A stretch of DNA of 64,000 nt, taken from an uncultured Bacilli bacterium (lineage in GTDB: Bacteria; Bacillota_I; Bacilli_A; RF39; UBA660). The stretch spans positions 10,370-74,369 of the forward strand of contig CANQRL010000004.1 of NCBI GenBank assembly GCA_947626275.1. Direction: 5' to 3'. Numbering within the stretch: position 1 is the first letter of the stretch; each line of letters opens with the position of its first letter. Below are positions 28,611 through 37,295 of the stretch, in pieces. A program made the translations under genes and the position numbers. The notes under the pieces were generated by a model. That model did no database searches, was not told the DNA's origin, and worked only from the letters and a program-made list of their open reading frames with translations.

Positions 28611-29262
28611 AGTGACACTCTTCTACTGTCATCAATTTCACACCACTACTCGTTCCTAGTCTCGTAGCCCCTGCTTCAATCATCGCTTCTGCCGTTTCGA
28701 TATCTCGAATGCCCCCACTGGCTTTAATTTCCAAAACTTCATTTTTATGGTCATGAATGAGTTTTACATCTTCTACTTTGGCTCCCCCATCTCCAAAACC
28801 AGTGGAAGTTTTAATGAAATTGACAAATGTCTCATTACAAATTTCTGTCATCTTGACAATTTCCTTATCCGTTAGATAACAAGTCTCGATAATGACTTTT
28901 AAAACATGACCATCAATCGCATCACGAATTTCTTCAATCTCTTCTTTGACATAATCATAATCTTTGTTTTTTAAAGCGCTTAAATTGATAACCATATCAA
29001 TCTCAGTAGCGCCTGCCTCTATCGCATTAATGGCTTCAAAAACTTTCGTATCACGAGTATTCGCTCCCAATGGAAAACCTACTACCGTCCCTACTTCTAC
29101 ATTGCTTCCCTTCAATAGTTCATGGGCAAGAGGAACGTAATAAGGGTGTACACAGACAGAAGCAAAGTGATATTTCTTAGCTTCCTCACATAATGTTTCA
29201 ATATCTCTCATCGTCGCCGTTGGTTTTAAATTGGTGTGATCAATATAACTATTTAATTCCAT
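28573..29262 (-). CDS. deoC: deoxyribose-phosphate aldolase with Cys/His-rich C-terminal tail
   Basis: IDHTNLKPTAT, VGTVVGFPLGANT, KTSTGF, IKASGGIR (Schiff-base Lys); unusual tail EECHCDDCHGECSHDA. Confidence 0.85.
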   Translation of the reverse strand: MELNSYIDHTNLKPTATMRDIETLCEEAKKYHFASVCVHPYYVPLAHELLKGSNVEVGTVVGFPLGANTRDTKVFEAINAIEAGATEIDMVINLSALKNKDYDYVKEEIEEIRDAIDGHVLKVIIETCYLTDKEIVKMTEICNETFVNFIKTSTGFGDGGAKVEDVKLIHDHKNEVLEIKASGGIRDIETAEAMIEAGATRLGTSSGVKLMTVEECHCDDCHGECSHDA

Positions 29263-29271
29263 AAAATCCTC

Positions 29272-29907
29272 CTATAATTTTTCTCTTATTTCTTTCCAAG
29301 AAAGAATTCTATCGTAGGGTTCTTCCCCGTATTGATTCTTATAATCGTATAAAAGCGTCTTCATTCCTAACTCATGAGCACCCTTCATGTCTATCTCTGG
29401 TAAATCCCCTATCATGATGCACTCCATAGGCTCTACATCTTTTACCATACAGCGAAAAGCTTCAACAGATGGCTTAACAGGATTGATATCTCCGCCAATA
29501 ATCTCTTTAAAATAAGAAGCAATCCCTACTCGTTCCAACCGTTCTTTTTGCTCTTTCGTAAACCAATTCGTTAGAACAAAAAGATCATACTTCTGCGCTA
29601 GATAATCTAATGCTTCCCTCAAATCCTCATCGATGGGTTTCACCCATTTGCTAGTAGACTTTATGATGTCGACAACAAATTCTTTGGAATACTTAGGGTC
29701 TTTTTGATAGAAATATTGATAGAGTTCATCCATACGAAAGTACGTCGTTATTTTCTCAAAATCACCAATCGTACGATATACTTCCCGAGCACCTTCTTCA
29801 GATGCCTCATACCCATACCTTTTTAAGACATCTTGATAAGTTTGTAGGTACATAGGATCATGCATAAGCAATGTGTTATCAACATCAAAGATTACTTTCT
29901 TTATCAT
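29272..29907 (-). CDS. HAD-superfamily hydrolase (phosphatase/nucleotidase-like)
   Basis: motif I FDVDNTL; motif IV GDLPEIDMKGA; start ATG 29905-29907 with AGGAGG. Confidence 0.7.
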   Translation of the reverse strand: MIKKVIFDVDNTLLMHDPMYLQTYQDVLKRYGYEASEEGAREVYRTIGDFEKITTYFRMDELYQYFYQKDPKYSKEFVVDIIKSTSKWVKPIDEDLREALDYLAQKYDLFVLTNWFTKEQKERLERVGIASYFKEIIGGDINPVKPSVEAFRCMVKDVEPMECIMIGDLPEIDMKGAHELGMKTLLYDYKNQYGEEPYDRILSWKEIREKL

Positions 29908-30122
29908 AGTTCCTCCTAACAAAAAAATATTATGAGATTAGGAACGAGTTTCCCCGCGGTACCATCCTATTTCATAATATTTTATGCTCTTTTATCTTAA
30001 CGCGATTGACGATTTGACTCCAAATAGGTAATTCATCTTAAAACATTGTTTAGTTTTCATCATCCACTAAATTTCTCTTTACCCGTTTTAAAACTACTAA
30101 TATTCTTCTCCATCAATTAAAC
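29908..30122 (-). promoter_or_regulatory. T-box riboswitch leader (specifier possibly UAC, Tyr) controlling HAD-deoC-NTPase-tyrS operon
   Basis: minus-strand AATAGGATGGTACCGCGG (T-box consensus AGGGUGGNACCGCG, one mismatch) at 29955-29969, embedded in long imperfect terminator stem (AAUAUUAUGAAAUAGGA ... UCCUAAUCUCAUAAUAUU) followed by U7; Stem-I-like GAUGGAGAAGAA 5' element; UAC in candidate internal loop about 93 nt from TSS. Confidence 0.6.
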
Positions 30123-30128
30123 TATCAA

Positions 30129-30158
30129 CATTATACCATAATGATTTGGAAAGTCAAC
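30129..30158 (-). promoter_or_regulatory. sigma-A promoter (extended -10) for T-box operon
   Basis: minus strand TTGACT-N16-(TGg)TATAAT. Confidence 0.55.
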
Positions 30159-30162
30159 CATT

Positions 30163-32352
30163 TTAATAGATAACGCCACCCCACTCAACCGCTGTAAATC
30201 CTTTTCTTTGGAACGGTTTTAATCTCTGAGGTTTTATCGCTTGATAAGAATCAACCTTCTTGATATGAATAGCCATTCGAAGAAGAGAATCTGGTTGTGG
30301 ATTGATTTTGATTGGACTATAGGCATTTCTTTCATCCGTCAACTCGAAGTAGACAAGACTTTGTCCATTTTTCTCCAAAATTGGTAACCAATACATAATA
30401 AATTCGTTTTGTTCACGACTATTTAGACCAATTATAGAAAGCTTTTCTTCCAAGAAGTCGATGGCATTTTCAGCCGTTACATAGAAACCTTCTTCAAAAT
30501 CGACATAATGATTTCCTTGCTCTTCCCAATAAAGGGCATAATAAGATTTTTGTTTTTGATCGAATAACGTACCATTAGGGATTGCTAAAACACTCCATTG
30601 ATTTTGATACTTTGGATACGTAGTTGTTAATCGTTCCGGATACTGGAATGTCACATTAACGACTGTTGGTAACGTTGGATAAAGATAGAGAACTGGTTTA
30701 GCATATCCACCAATATAAGTTGGGATTTTACCAGATTCTTTCGTAGATGGAATGTAGTAGTATTCATATCCTAAATCGTATTCTTTTAATTCTTCTAAAG
30801 ACATATCTGAGTTTTCTCTTTTTACTTCGTCTGGAGTTACTTGATCATCTTGAATGACAAGGTAAACACCATTTTTACCACGACCATCATACCAACCAGA
30901 CAACATCGTATGAAGAGTATATTGATTGGTATCCCAATTTGAAATAAAGGTATGAATGACATTACCAAGATAATCTACCAATTGTAATTGATTGTTATCT
31001 ACGACAACGACATAATCATCGATAATCATTAAAACATCATCATAGGTCTTACTCGTATATTGAAGAGTTTGACTAGTATTATAGTACTTAAATTGATTTT
31101 GAACATGCGTAATAAAAGCCTTCTTATTGACAAAGAAACCATCTACTTCTTCGCCATTAAACATCGCCTTTCCTTGTTGATTATAAATTTTAACCGTATC
31201 TTTTTCTGTCGATACCACTACATAGAGTTTTCCGTTTCCATCTGTCTCATAAGAAGCAATCTTTCCAGGAACAGAAAAGGCTAATTTTCCGGTTTTTACA
31301 TCAAAGACATTTGACTTGTTCTTTGTTAAGAAAGTCGCATATCCTAAGGATAACGCCTGATAAACGTTGTTATACATCTCATCCCCAAAATATTCTCCTT
31401 CAATATTAGAGATTCGTTTTTTTGTGGCTAAACTGTAAAGATAATTCGTATTTTTCTCTGCCACATAAATACCATATAACGTAGAATCAGAAGAAATTGT
31501 CTCATACCATTCATAAGAAGCAGGTCCAAAAACAGAAGCATTGTTTTGATAATCATAAATAGAAATTTTTTCATTTTCTTCGATAATGGCGTATTGAGAA
31601 AAGGCATACCAACCCGTACACTCTTCCCCTTCACATTCGATTTTTCCCACTTCTGTATTCTTTCCATCTGGATCTTTTTCAAACTGATAGCTTTCTCCAT
31701 ATTGATTTTTTACTTTATAAACCGTCAGTGTTTTTCCCGTAACTTTCTTCTCTTCTTCTTTTTCACCATAGGATCTTTTTTCAGAAGAGCCATCAACGGA
31801 ACAGTTGCTCAAATAAACTTTCCCCGTTTGATATACAGCAGCTTCTTCACAGGTAACCGTATGGTCCTCCAATTTAATATACGGAACTAATTCCTGATAA
31901 GAAGGAACGGCTACGGCTTGAGTGACATAACCACTAGCTAATGTTTCTAACTTTTTAACATATGCCTGAAAAATTTCTTCCTCACTTAGTTCTGTAGTCT
32001 CACTATTAGAATCCTCCTCATGAGTATCCCTGTCTTCTTTTTTATCCTTAGAGAAGAATAAAAAGAAAACGATTACAGCCATTATTAAAACGAGGACAAC
32101 GGCTACTCCTAGAACTATAATCAAACCTTTTTTCTTTGGAGGAGTTAACTCTTGCTCAGGCTCTTTCTCCTCTTTAGGAGGAACTTGTTCTAATTGATCT
32201 TCCTTCTCCATATTTTCCATTAATTCTGCTAAAGAAGCTTCTTCTTTCGAATAATCATCAGAAATTGGCGTCTCCTCTTTCGAAGATACTGGTACAAATT
32301 CCTTTGTCTTTTCTAAATCCGTTTCTTTTTTTTCAACCTTTTCTTCTTCCAT
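30163..32352 (-). CDS. single-pass membrane protein, large extracytoplasmic domain, unknown function
   Basis: 729 aa; acidic N-terminal about 75 aa, TM LIIVLGVAVVLVLIMAVIVFFLFF, rest Tyr/Asn-rich beta-like. Confidence 0.45.
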   Translation of the reverse strand: MEEEKVEKKETDLEKTKEFVPVSSKEETPISDDYSKEEASLAELMENMEKEDQLEQVPPKEEKEPEQELTPPKKKGLIIVLGVAVVLVLIMAVIVFFLFFSKDKKEDRDTHEEDSNSETTELSEEEIFQAYVKKLETLASGYVTQAVAVPSYQELVPYIKLEDHTVTCEEAAVYQTGKVYLSNCSVDGSSEKRSYGEKEEEKKVTGKTLTVYKVKNQYGESYQFEKDPDGKNTEVGKIECEGEECTGWYAFSQYAIIEENEKISIYDYQNNASVFGPASYEWYETISSDSTLYGIYVAEKNTNYLYSLATKKRISNIEGEYFGDEMYNNVYQALSLGYATFLTKNKSNVFDVKTGKLAFSVPGKIASYETDGNGKLYVVVSTEKDTVKIYNQQGKAMFNGEEVDGFFVNKKAFITHVQNQFKYYNTSQTLQYTSKTYDDVLMIIDDYVVVVDNNQLQLVDYLGNVIHTFISNWDTNQYTLHTMLSGWYDGRGKNGVYLVIQDDQVTPDEVKRENSDMSLEELKEYDLGYEYYYIPSTKESGKIPTYIGGYAKPVLYLYPTLPTVVNVTFQYPERLTTTYPKYQNQWSVLAIPNGTLFDQKQKSYYALYWEEQGNHYVDFEEGFYVTAENAIDFLEEKLSIIGLNSREQNEFIMYWLPILEKNGQSLVYFELTDERNAYSPIKINPQPDSLLRMAIHIKKVDSYQAIKPQRLKPFQRKGFTAVEWGGVIY

Positions 32353-32392
32353 AGTACACCTACCTTACTATTAAAAGTATATCATTGTTAGC

Positions 32393-32420
32393 AAAAAAAA
32401 AGAAGACTATTTTTCTTCTT
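32393..32420 (-). terminator. rho-independent terminator of ylbN-rpmF operon (overlaps rpmF stop)
   Basis: aagaaga-loop-tcttctt hairpin then U9 on minus strand. Confidence 0.55.
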
Positions 32421-32592
32421 CTTGTTTAACAACTTCTTTTCCCTTGTATGTTCCACAATTTAAACATACTCTGTGTGGTCTAATATCTGCGCCACATTTT
32501 GGACATTTTGTTGTTCCATTTTCGCTAATCTTATAATGTGTTCTTCTTTTTCTTGTTCTAGTATTACTTACTTTTCTAAATGGTACAGCCAT
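32407..32592 (-). CDS. rpmF: 50S ribosomal protein L32
   Basis: [23 protein letters not shown]...[22 protein letters not shown]; GAGGTGA RBS; start ATG 32590-32592. Confidence 0.9.
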   Translation of the reverse strand: MAVPFRKVSNTRTRKRRTHYKISENGTTKCPKCGADIRPHRVCLNCGTYKGKEVVKQEEEK

Positions 32593-32610
32593 CCTATTCA
32601 CCTCACGATC

Positions 32611-33090
32611 TTACAATAAATCTTTTAATTTGGATAGTTCCGAATTTTCTTCTTCCTCATCGCCTGTAATGAGCCTCCAACCATCGCCTTTTAACTCGAT
32701 GTCTTTCGCATCTTCGCTCACGACACGCATTGGAATTTCCATTAATATATTTTCCCATATTATTGGTAAAATATCAAGACTATTTTGATAATTTGTTGCT
32801 TTTTCGGTGATTTCCTCTAATAATTCATCTAACGTTCCCTGAATAGGAATCGCAAAGGGATAATCGACTGGTTTTAAGGTAATCGCACAAGGAATAACCA
32901 TTGTTCCACTTACCTCTAAATCCAAACAAATCTGATCAATCGCATCTAACGTAATTGTCCCCTCCACATGGACATTATCAATGGAAGTTACTCCCGTATG
33001 TTCTAAATCCTCTTTTGGAAAAGAATAATATTCATCTACGGTCACATAAGAATCCATTTTATTGCGTAATCTAGTCAAATCTATAATCAT
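32611..33090 (-). CDS. yceD: DUF177 protein YceD/YlbN (large-subunit rRNA accumulation protein)
   Basis: conserved ylbN-rpmF pairing; acidic 160-aa protein; start ATG 33088-33090 with GGGTGA RBS. Confidence 0.65.
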   Translation of the reverse strand: MIIDLTRLRNKMDSYVTVDEYYSFPKEDLEHTGVTSIDNVHVEGTITLDAIDQICLDLEVSGTMVIPCAITLKPVDYPFAIPIQGTLDELLEEITEKATNYQNSLDILPIIWENILMEIPMRVVSEDAKDIELKGDGWRLITGDEEEENSELSKLKDLL

Positions 33091-33170
33091 CCAAATCACC
33101 CGACTAGAACATTATACAGAAAAATTCTTAAAATTGCAAGAAAATATGGTATGATATTGCTGGTGATGAG

Positions 33171-34319
33171 ATGAAATCAGTTGGTATTATCTGTGAATAT
33201 AATCCCTTTCACAATGGACATTTATATCACATTCAAAAAGTACGAGAGCTTTTTCCGAAAGAGACTCTTATTTTAGTAGTTTCTGGAAATGTTACCCAAA
33301 GAGGAGAATTAAGCATTTTATCAAAGTGGGAAAAAACAGAAATTGCCCTTCATTATGGTATCGATTTAGTGGTCGAACTTCCCTATGTGTTTGCCAGTCA
33401 ATCAGCCGATATCTTCGCTAAAGGAGCCCTTCAAATCTTAAACGATTTACAAGTATCTTATTTGGTTTTCGGTTCTGAGATTGGTTTGATAGAACCCTTC
33501 TTGACGTGCGCTAAAACACAGCTTTCTTCTTCCCATTATCAAGAAAAATTAGAAGAATATTTAAAAAGTGGACTCAATTATCCCTCTAGTTTATCAAAAG
33601 CTCTAAAGGAAGAAAGTGGGATAGAAATCCTTCATCCCAATGATTTATTAGGTCTCTCTTATGTAAGAGAGATTCTACAAAACCACTATTCGATTACCCC
33701 TATCACTTATCCTCGAACCAATGATTATCATAGTCCTTCTCTAACTGGTAAAATGAGTAGTGCGACTAGTATTCGAAACCAGTTAAAACAAAAAAAGTCC
33801 ATATCGGATACCGTTCCAGAGATGGTTCTTCCTATGTTGACTCATCCTATTTTCTTAAGCGACTTTTTTCCTTATCTCCGCTATAAGATTTTATCAGAAG
33901 AAAACTTGTCAAAATATGAGACTGTGGATGAGAGAGTTGCCAATCGCCTAAAAGAAAAAATAATAACTTCCTCTTCTTTAGAAGAATTTTTAGAAAATGT
34001 GAAGACCAAATACTATACTTATAACCGTTTGATGAGGATGTGTAGTCATATTCTATTTTCTTTTACCAAAAAAGAAAATGATTTCTATCAAAAAAGAAAC
34101 TATATCCGTGTTTTAGGATTTAATGAACAAGGAAAGAAAACATTAAACAGTATCAAAAAAGAATTAACACTCCCTCTTCTTACCAATTATTCCAATGATA
34201 AAGAAAATCTACTCTTTTTAGAACTTCGATGTGCGAAAATATTAAGTATTGTAAAAGGGAAAGAATTTCTCCAAACGGAAATTCAGAATTCCCCTATTCA
34301 AAGAAAAAAGGATTCCTAA
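33171..34319 (+). CDS. tmcAL: tRNA(Met) cytidine acetate ligase TmcAL (YlbM, DUF795 nucleotidyltransferase)
   Basis: MKSVGIICEYNPFHNGHLYHIQKVRE HxGH nucleotidyltransferase N-terminus; divergent from ylbN-rpmF as in B. subtilis ylbM. Confidence 0.75.
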   Translation: MKSVGIICEYNPFHNGHLYHIQKVRELFPKETLILVVSGNVTQRGELSILSKWEKTEIALHYGIDLVVELPYVFASQSADIFAKGALQILNDLQVSYLVFGSEIGLIEPFLTCAKTQLSSSHYQEKLEEYLKSGLNYPSSLSKALKEESGIEILHPNDLLGLSYVREILQNHYSITPITYPRTNDYHSPSLTGKMSSATSIRNQLKQKKSISDTVPEMVLPMLTHPIFLSDFFPYLRYKILSEENLSKYETVDERVANRLKEKIITSSSLEEFLENVKTKYYTYNRLMRMCSHILFSFTKKENDFYQKRNYIRVLGFNEQGKKTLNSIKKELTLPLLTNYSNDKENLLFLELRCAKILSIVKGKEFLQTEIQNSPIQRKKDS

Positions 34320-34340
34320 AAAATCCTTTTTTTCATGTAG
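34311..34340 (+). terminator. weak terminator after tmcAL
   Basis: ggatt-cctaaaa-aatcc short stem followed by T7. Confidence 0.35.
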
Positions 34341-34380
34341 AAATTATATGAGAAATACTTGAACCTAAAAAAGGAAGGAG

Positions 34381-35208
34381 CTACATTCTCCTTCCTCCAC
34401 CACCGTGACTAGTACCACTATGGCTGCTTCTCGTAGAACTTCCTCCTACTCTTCCACTGCCACCACTACTAGAGGAACTGCTTCCAATATAGACAGAAGA
34501 AGTATTCGTATGCAAAAAGCGATCTTCTTTCCGCGTATAGTTCACAGAACCTTTTTCTAGATAAAGGGAAGCACTCGTAGCTTGCTTTACCATTTTATTT
34601 TTAGCCACTAAAATGCCTACGATAACACTAGAGACAATAATCGAAATCAACCCAAAAGGGAACCATGGAAATTTTCGATTATAGGCTAAATCACCGTTCT
34701 TGGTTAAATGGGTATCTTTATTACTAGGAGCGACACCTTTCGATGCATAAAAGGAAGAGCTTTCAATGAAGGCATGAAACATTTGATAGTAACCTTCCTC
34801 TTTTACTTCGGCAATATCATCCAAAATAGAATCAATACGATTATCATCATAAACTCGAATGGCCTCTCCTGTTGTTAACATATAAACATCATTATATCCT
34901 TGCGTTCGATCGATGATAAACAAGACCCCATCTTTATATTGATTTTTACCAAAACCATTCTCATCATAGAAATCTGCTGCATAATCATATGGGTCACTGT
35001 AAGGATTTTCACTAGTTGTTAGAAGGACCATATCCATGTCATAGGCATCTATATATTTTTGAACTTCTGATTTTAAGGTTGCTTCTTCCCCATCGGTTAA
35101 TAAATCAGCATAATCGTATACTTTTAAGGAAGTATCTAAGGCATTGGTGAGTGGGATGGCTAAGAAGAAAAGGAAAATCGCAAAAAAGACGTAAATATTT
35201 CTTTTCAT
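34381..35208 (-). CDS. TPM-domain (YgcG/TLP18.3-like) membrane protein with Gly/Ser-rich C-terminal tail
   Basis: signal/anchor IYVFFAIFLFFLAIPLTNA, TPM core YDYADLLTDGEEATL...GVLFIIDRTQGYNDVYMLTTGEAIR, TM ISIIVSSVIVGILVA, tail SSSSSSGGSGRVGGSSTRSSHSGTSHGGGGRRM; ATG overlaps upstream stop (ATGA). Confidence 0.65.
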   Translation of the reverse strand: MKRNIYVFFAIFLFFLAIPLTNALDTSLKVYDYADLLTDGEEATLKSEVQKYIDAYDMDMVLLTTSENPYSDPYDYAADFYDENGFGKNQYKDGVLFIIDRTQGYNDVYMLTTGEAIRVYDDNRIDSILDDIAEVKEEGYYQMFHAFIESSSFYASKGVAPSNKDTHLTKNGDLAYNRKFPWFPFGLISIIVSSVIVGILVAKNKMVKQATSASLYLEKGSVNYTRKEDRFLHTNTSSVYIGSSSSSSGGSGRVGGSSTRSSHSGTSHGGGGRRM

Positions 35209-36275
35209 AACAACCCTCCAATGAGCCAAATAACCGTAAGAATTCCAAAGAGAAGAAGGGTAATGCCAATCCACCAAATAGCGACCTTTTTCTTATCAAT
35301 CGGAATATCTCCTATTAGTTTACCCGTTTGTCCATTCATGGCAAACATATAGATTTTTCCTTGATACTGAATGTTTAACATCCATACAGGAAGTAAAACA
35401 TACTCATTTTTTAAAAGTTCAAGATTGTGATCTGCTTTTAAAACAGAAACGGCATCATACCCATGGATACTTTCCTGTAACATACTAGTAGCTGTATTCT
35501 TGGCTCTAACTTCTGCTCCTTTTCGTGCAGCATCACTATCAACATCGTATTTCTCTGCTAGAAAGCCAGAGAGATAAGCATGCGTAAATGTCTGCAAACC
35601 TGCATAATCAAAAGGTTCAATAGAATTCATCATATCATCATTAAACCGCGTAGAGCCATCTACAGGAATTTTATGAAAAGTCATATTTCCTTCACGATAA
35701 GCTCGGTAAGTATCCGTCTTCGTATAACGATAATTTCCGGAAGTCCAAGAAGAAATTCTCTTCGCATCTGCTTCAAGTGCTCCTGATACGCCAAAATCAT
35801 ACAACCAAAAAGGAATATAAACACCTTTCATATCCTCAATATTTTGTTTGCTACTAAACAATTTTGGCATGAAAGGTCTTCCCTTTCCAATCTTTTTAAA
35901 AGCCTCTATCGCATCTTCCTTCGTTTTTTGGAAAGGAATCACATAAGCGGGATTGAATTTTCCTACTAATTTATTTTTCAAAATTGCCGTACTTCGACAA
36001 TACACACAAAAAGTAGCGGATGTATTTTCATCAGCAACGATTTGAGCTCCACAGTTTGGACAGGAATAAACATCCATTCCCTCCGCATCTTTCTCTAGTT
36101 TATCTGCTTCTGTTTCCTCATTTAAAACATGCCCTTTCTTTGCTTCTTGGGCATCTATCTCTTCTCTTGTAAATTTACTTTGACAATATTCACAAACCCA
36201 ATTCTGACCATGAGGGTTAAATTTTAAAACCGCATCACAATTGGGACATTTATGATCTAACGTTCCACCTGCCAT
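35205..36275 (-). CDS. double zinc-ribbon protein with C-terminal TM anchor
   Basis: two CPNC...C..C ribbons (CPNCDAV..CEYC; CPNCGAQ..CVYC) then about 230-aa domain and TM AIWWIGITLLLFGILTVIWLIGGLL; translationally coupled to TPM gene. Confidence 0.55.
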   Translation of the reverse strand: MAGGTLDHKCPNCDAVLKFNPHGQNWVCEYCQSKFTREEIDAQEAKKGHVLNEETEADKLEKDAEGMDVYSCPNCGAQIVADENTSATFCVYCRSTAILKNKLVGKFNPAYVIPFQKTKEDAIEAFKKIGKGRPFMPKLFSSKQNIEDMKGVYIPFWLYDFGVSGALEADAKRISSWTSGNYRYTKTDTYRAYREGNMTFHKIPVDGSTRFNDDMMNSIEPFDYAGLQTFTHAYLSGFLAEKYDVDSDAARKGAEVRAKNTATSMLQESIHGYDAVSVLKADHNLELLKNEYVLLPVWMLNIQYQGKIYMFAMNGQTGKLIGDIPIDKKKVAIWWIGITLLLFGILTVIWLIGGLL

Positions 36276-36332
36276 ACCATCATTCCTATTCTAGTAACAT
36301 TATATCATAAAGGTCGCTTTTCGAACACCAAA

Positions 36333-36361
36333 TTGAGCGAAAAACTCTTTTTTTGATATAA
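36333..36361 (+). promoter_or_regulatory. sigma-A promoter of PHP-domain gene
   Basis: TTGAGC-N17-TATAAT followed by AAGGAGG RBS. Confidence 0.55.
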
Positions 36362-36380
36362 TAAAAGAAAAGGAGGCATT

Positions 36381-37295
36381 ATGATTGACTTACATACCCA
36401 TACCATTCACTCAGATGGTAGTTATACAACAGAAGAATTATTAAAAGAAGCAAGTTTGCGAGGATTATCTTTGTTATCCATTACGGATCACAATACAATT
36501 CAAGCTCATTTTGACCTTCATAAAAAAGCAATACGGGATCTTTTTCCGAATCCTATCCTTTCTGGAATTGAGATTACTACTACTTATTTAGGAGAAACGA
36601 TTGAAATATTGGGATATGGCTTTTCCGTTGAAAAAATGCAACCACTCCTAGCAAAACATGTTCTAACTTTCTCGGAAAAGCAACAAAAAGAGTTTGAACT
36701 CATCAAAACGCAATACCGAAAAATTGGTGTTCACTTCGATGAAGCAAAGATTTCCTTTGACCCAAATCACGAGTCTTCACGGGTTTCCTTTGTTCAAGAA
36801 ATCAAACGATATCCAGAAAATTTTCGCTTTTTCCTCCACCAGGAAACGATCACTTCCAATAGCGGATTTACAAGAATGGAAGTCTACAATCCCAAAAGTC
36901 CTCTTTACGTAGATGAATCCTCCCTCTTTCCTTCTTTGGAAGAGGCAATTTCGATGATTCATAAGGCAGGAGGCCTTGCCTTTTTAGCGCATCCCTTTGC
37001 CTATTCCCCTAATATTCCACAAGCCTTAGAAACGATATTAGACCACTACGAGTTAGATGGGCTGGAATGTTTCTATACCACTTTTACTCAAGAACAAAGC
37101 GATTATCTAGTGAATTTAGCGAAGAAAAGAGGTCTATTCATGTGTGGGGGAAGCGACTTTCATGGTTCCAGAAAAATCAATCATCAACTTGGTACAGGAA
37201 ACGGACATTTACAAGTAAAGGAAGAAATCGTCCTTCCTTGGGTTTCAAACTATGTAGAAGAATTAAAACAGAAGGTGAAGAAATATGAGTCCTAA
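36381..37295 (+). CDS. PHP-domain metal-dependent phosphoesterase
   Basis: MIDLHTHTIHSDGSYTTEELLKEA...SITDHNT PHP motifs I/II; later HPFAY and DFHG His motifs. Confidence 0.7.
   Translation: MIDLHTHTIHSDGSYTTEELLKEASLRGLSLLSITDHNTIQAHFDLHKKAIRDLFPNPILSGIEITTTYLGETIEILGYGFSVEKMQPLLAKHVLTFSEKQQKEFELIKTQYRKIGVHFDEAKISFDPNHESSRVSFVQEIKRYPENFRFFLHQETITSNSGFTRMEVYNPKSPLYVDESSLFPSLEEAISMIHKAGGLAFLAHPFAYSPNIPQALETILDHYELDGLECFYTTFTQEQSDYLVNLAKKRGLFMCGGSDFHGSRKINHQLGTGNGHLQVKEEIVLPWVSNYVEELKQKVKKYES

Noticed and set aside
29908-30122. Alternative T-box specifier triplets (ACU, AAC, CUA in GAAAACUAAAC)
   Set aside because: They lie in a segment that pairs better as part of Stem I. The UAC triplet about 93 nt from the TSS fits the tyrS operon context better. 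It remains unresolved without a covariance-model fold.
543-33099. ORF-track N-terminal extensions using GTG/TTG (for example MVNLPNIM, MVIQMPKW, MSFLFS..., MRSDDMAAYK, MLGGTMIKK, MIWMIID)
   Set aside because: In each case a downstream ATG preceded by a canonical GGAGG/AGGTGA-type RBS at 4-9 nt was preferred. The reported coordinates use those starts, except 543, where the GTG has the RBS.
34373-34395. ggaaggag-ctacatt-ctccttcc hairpin as terminator
   Set aside because: Its 3' arm lies inside the last codons of the TPM gene. It may act as a terminator for the convergent tmcAL but was not called separately.
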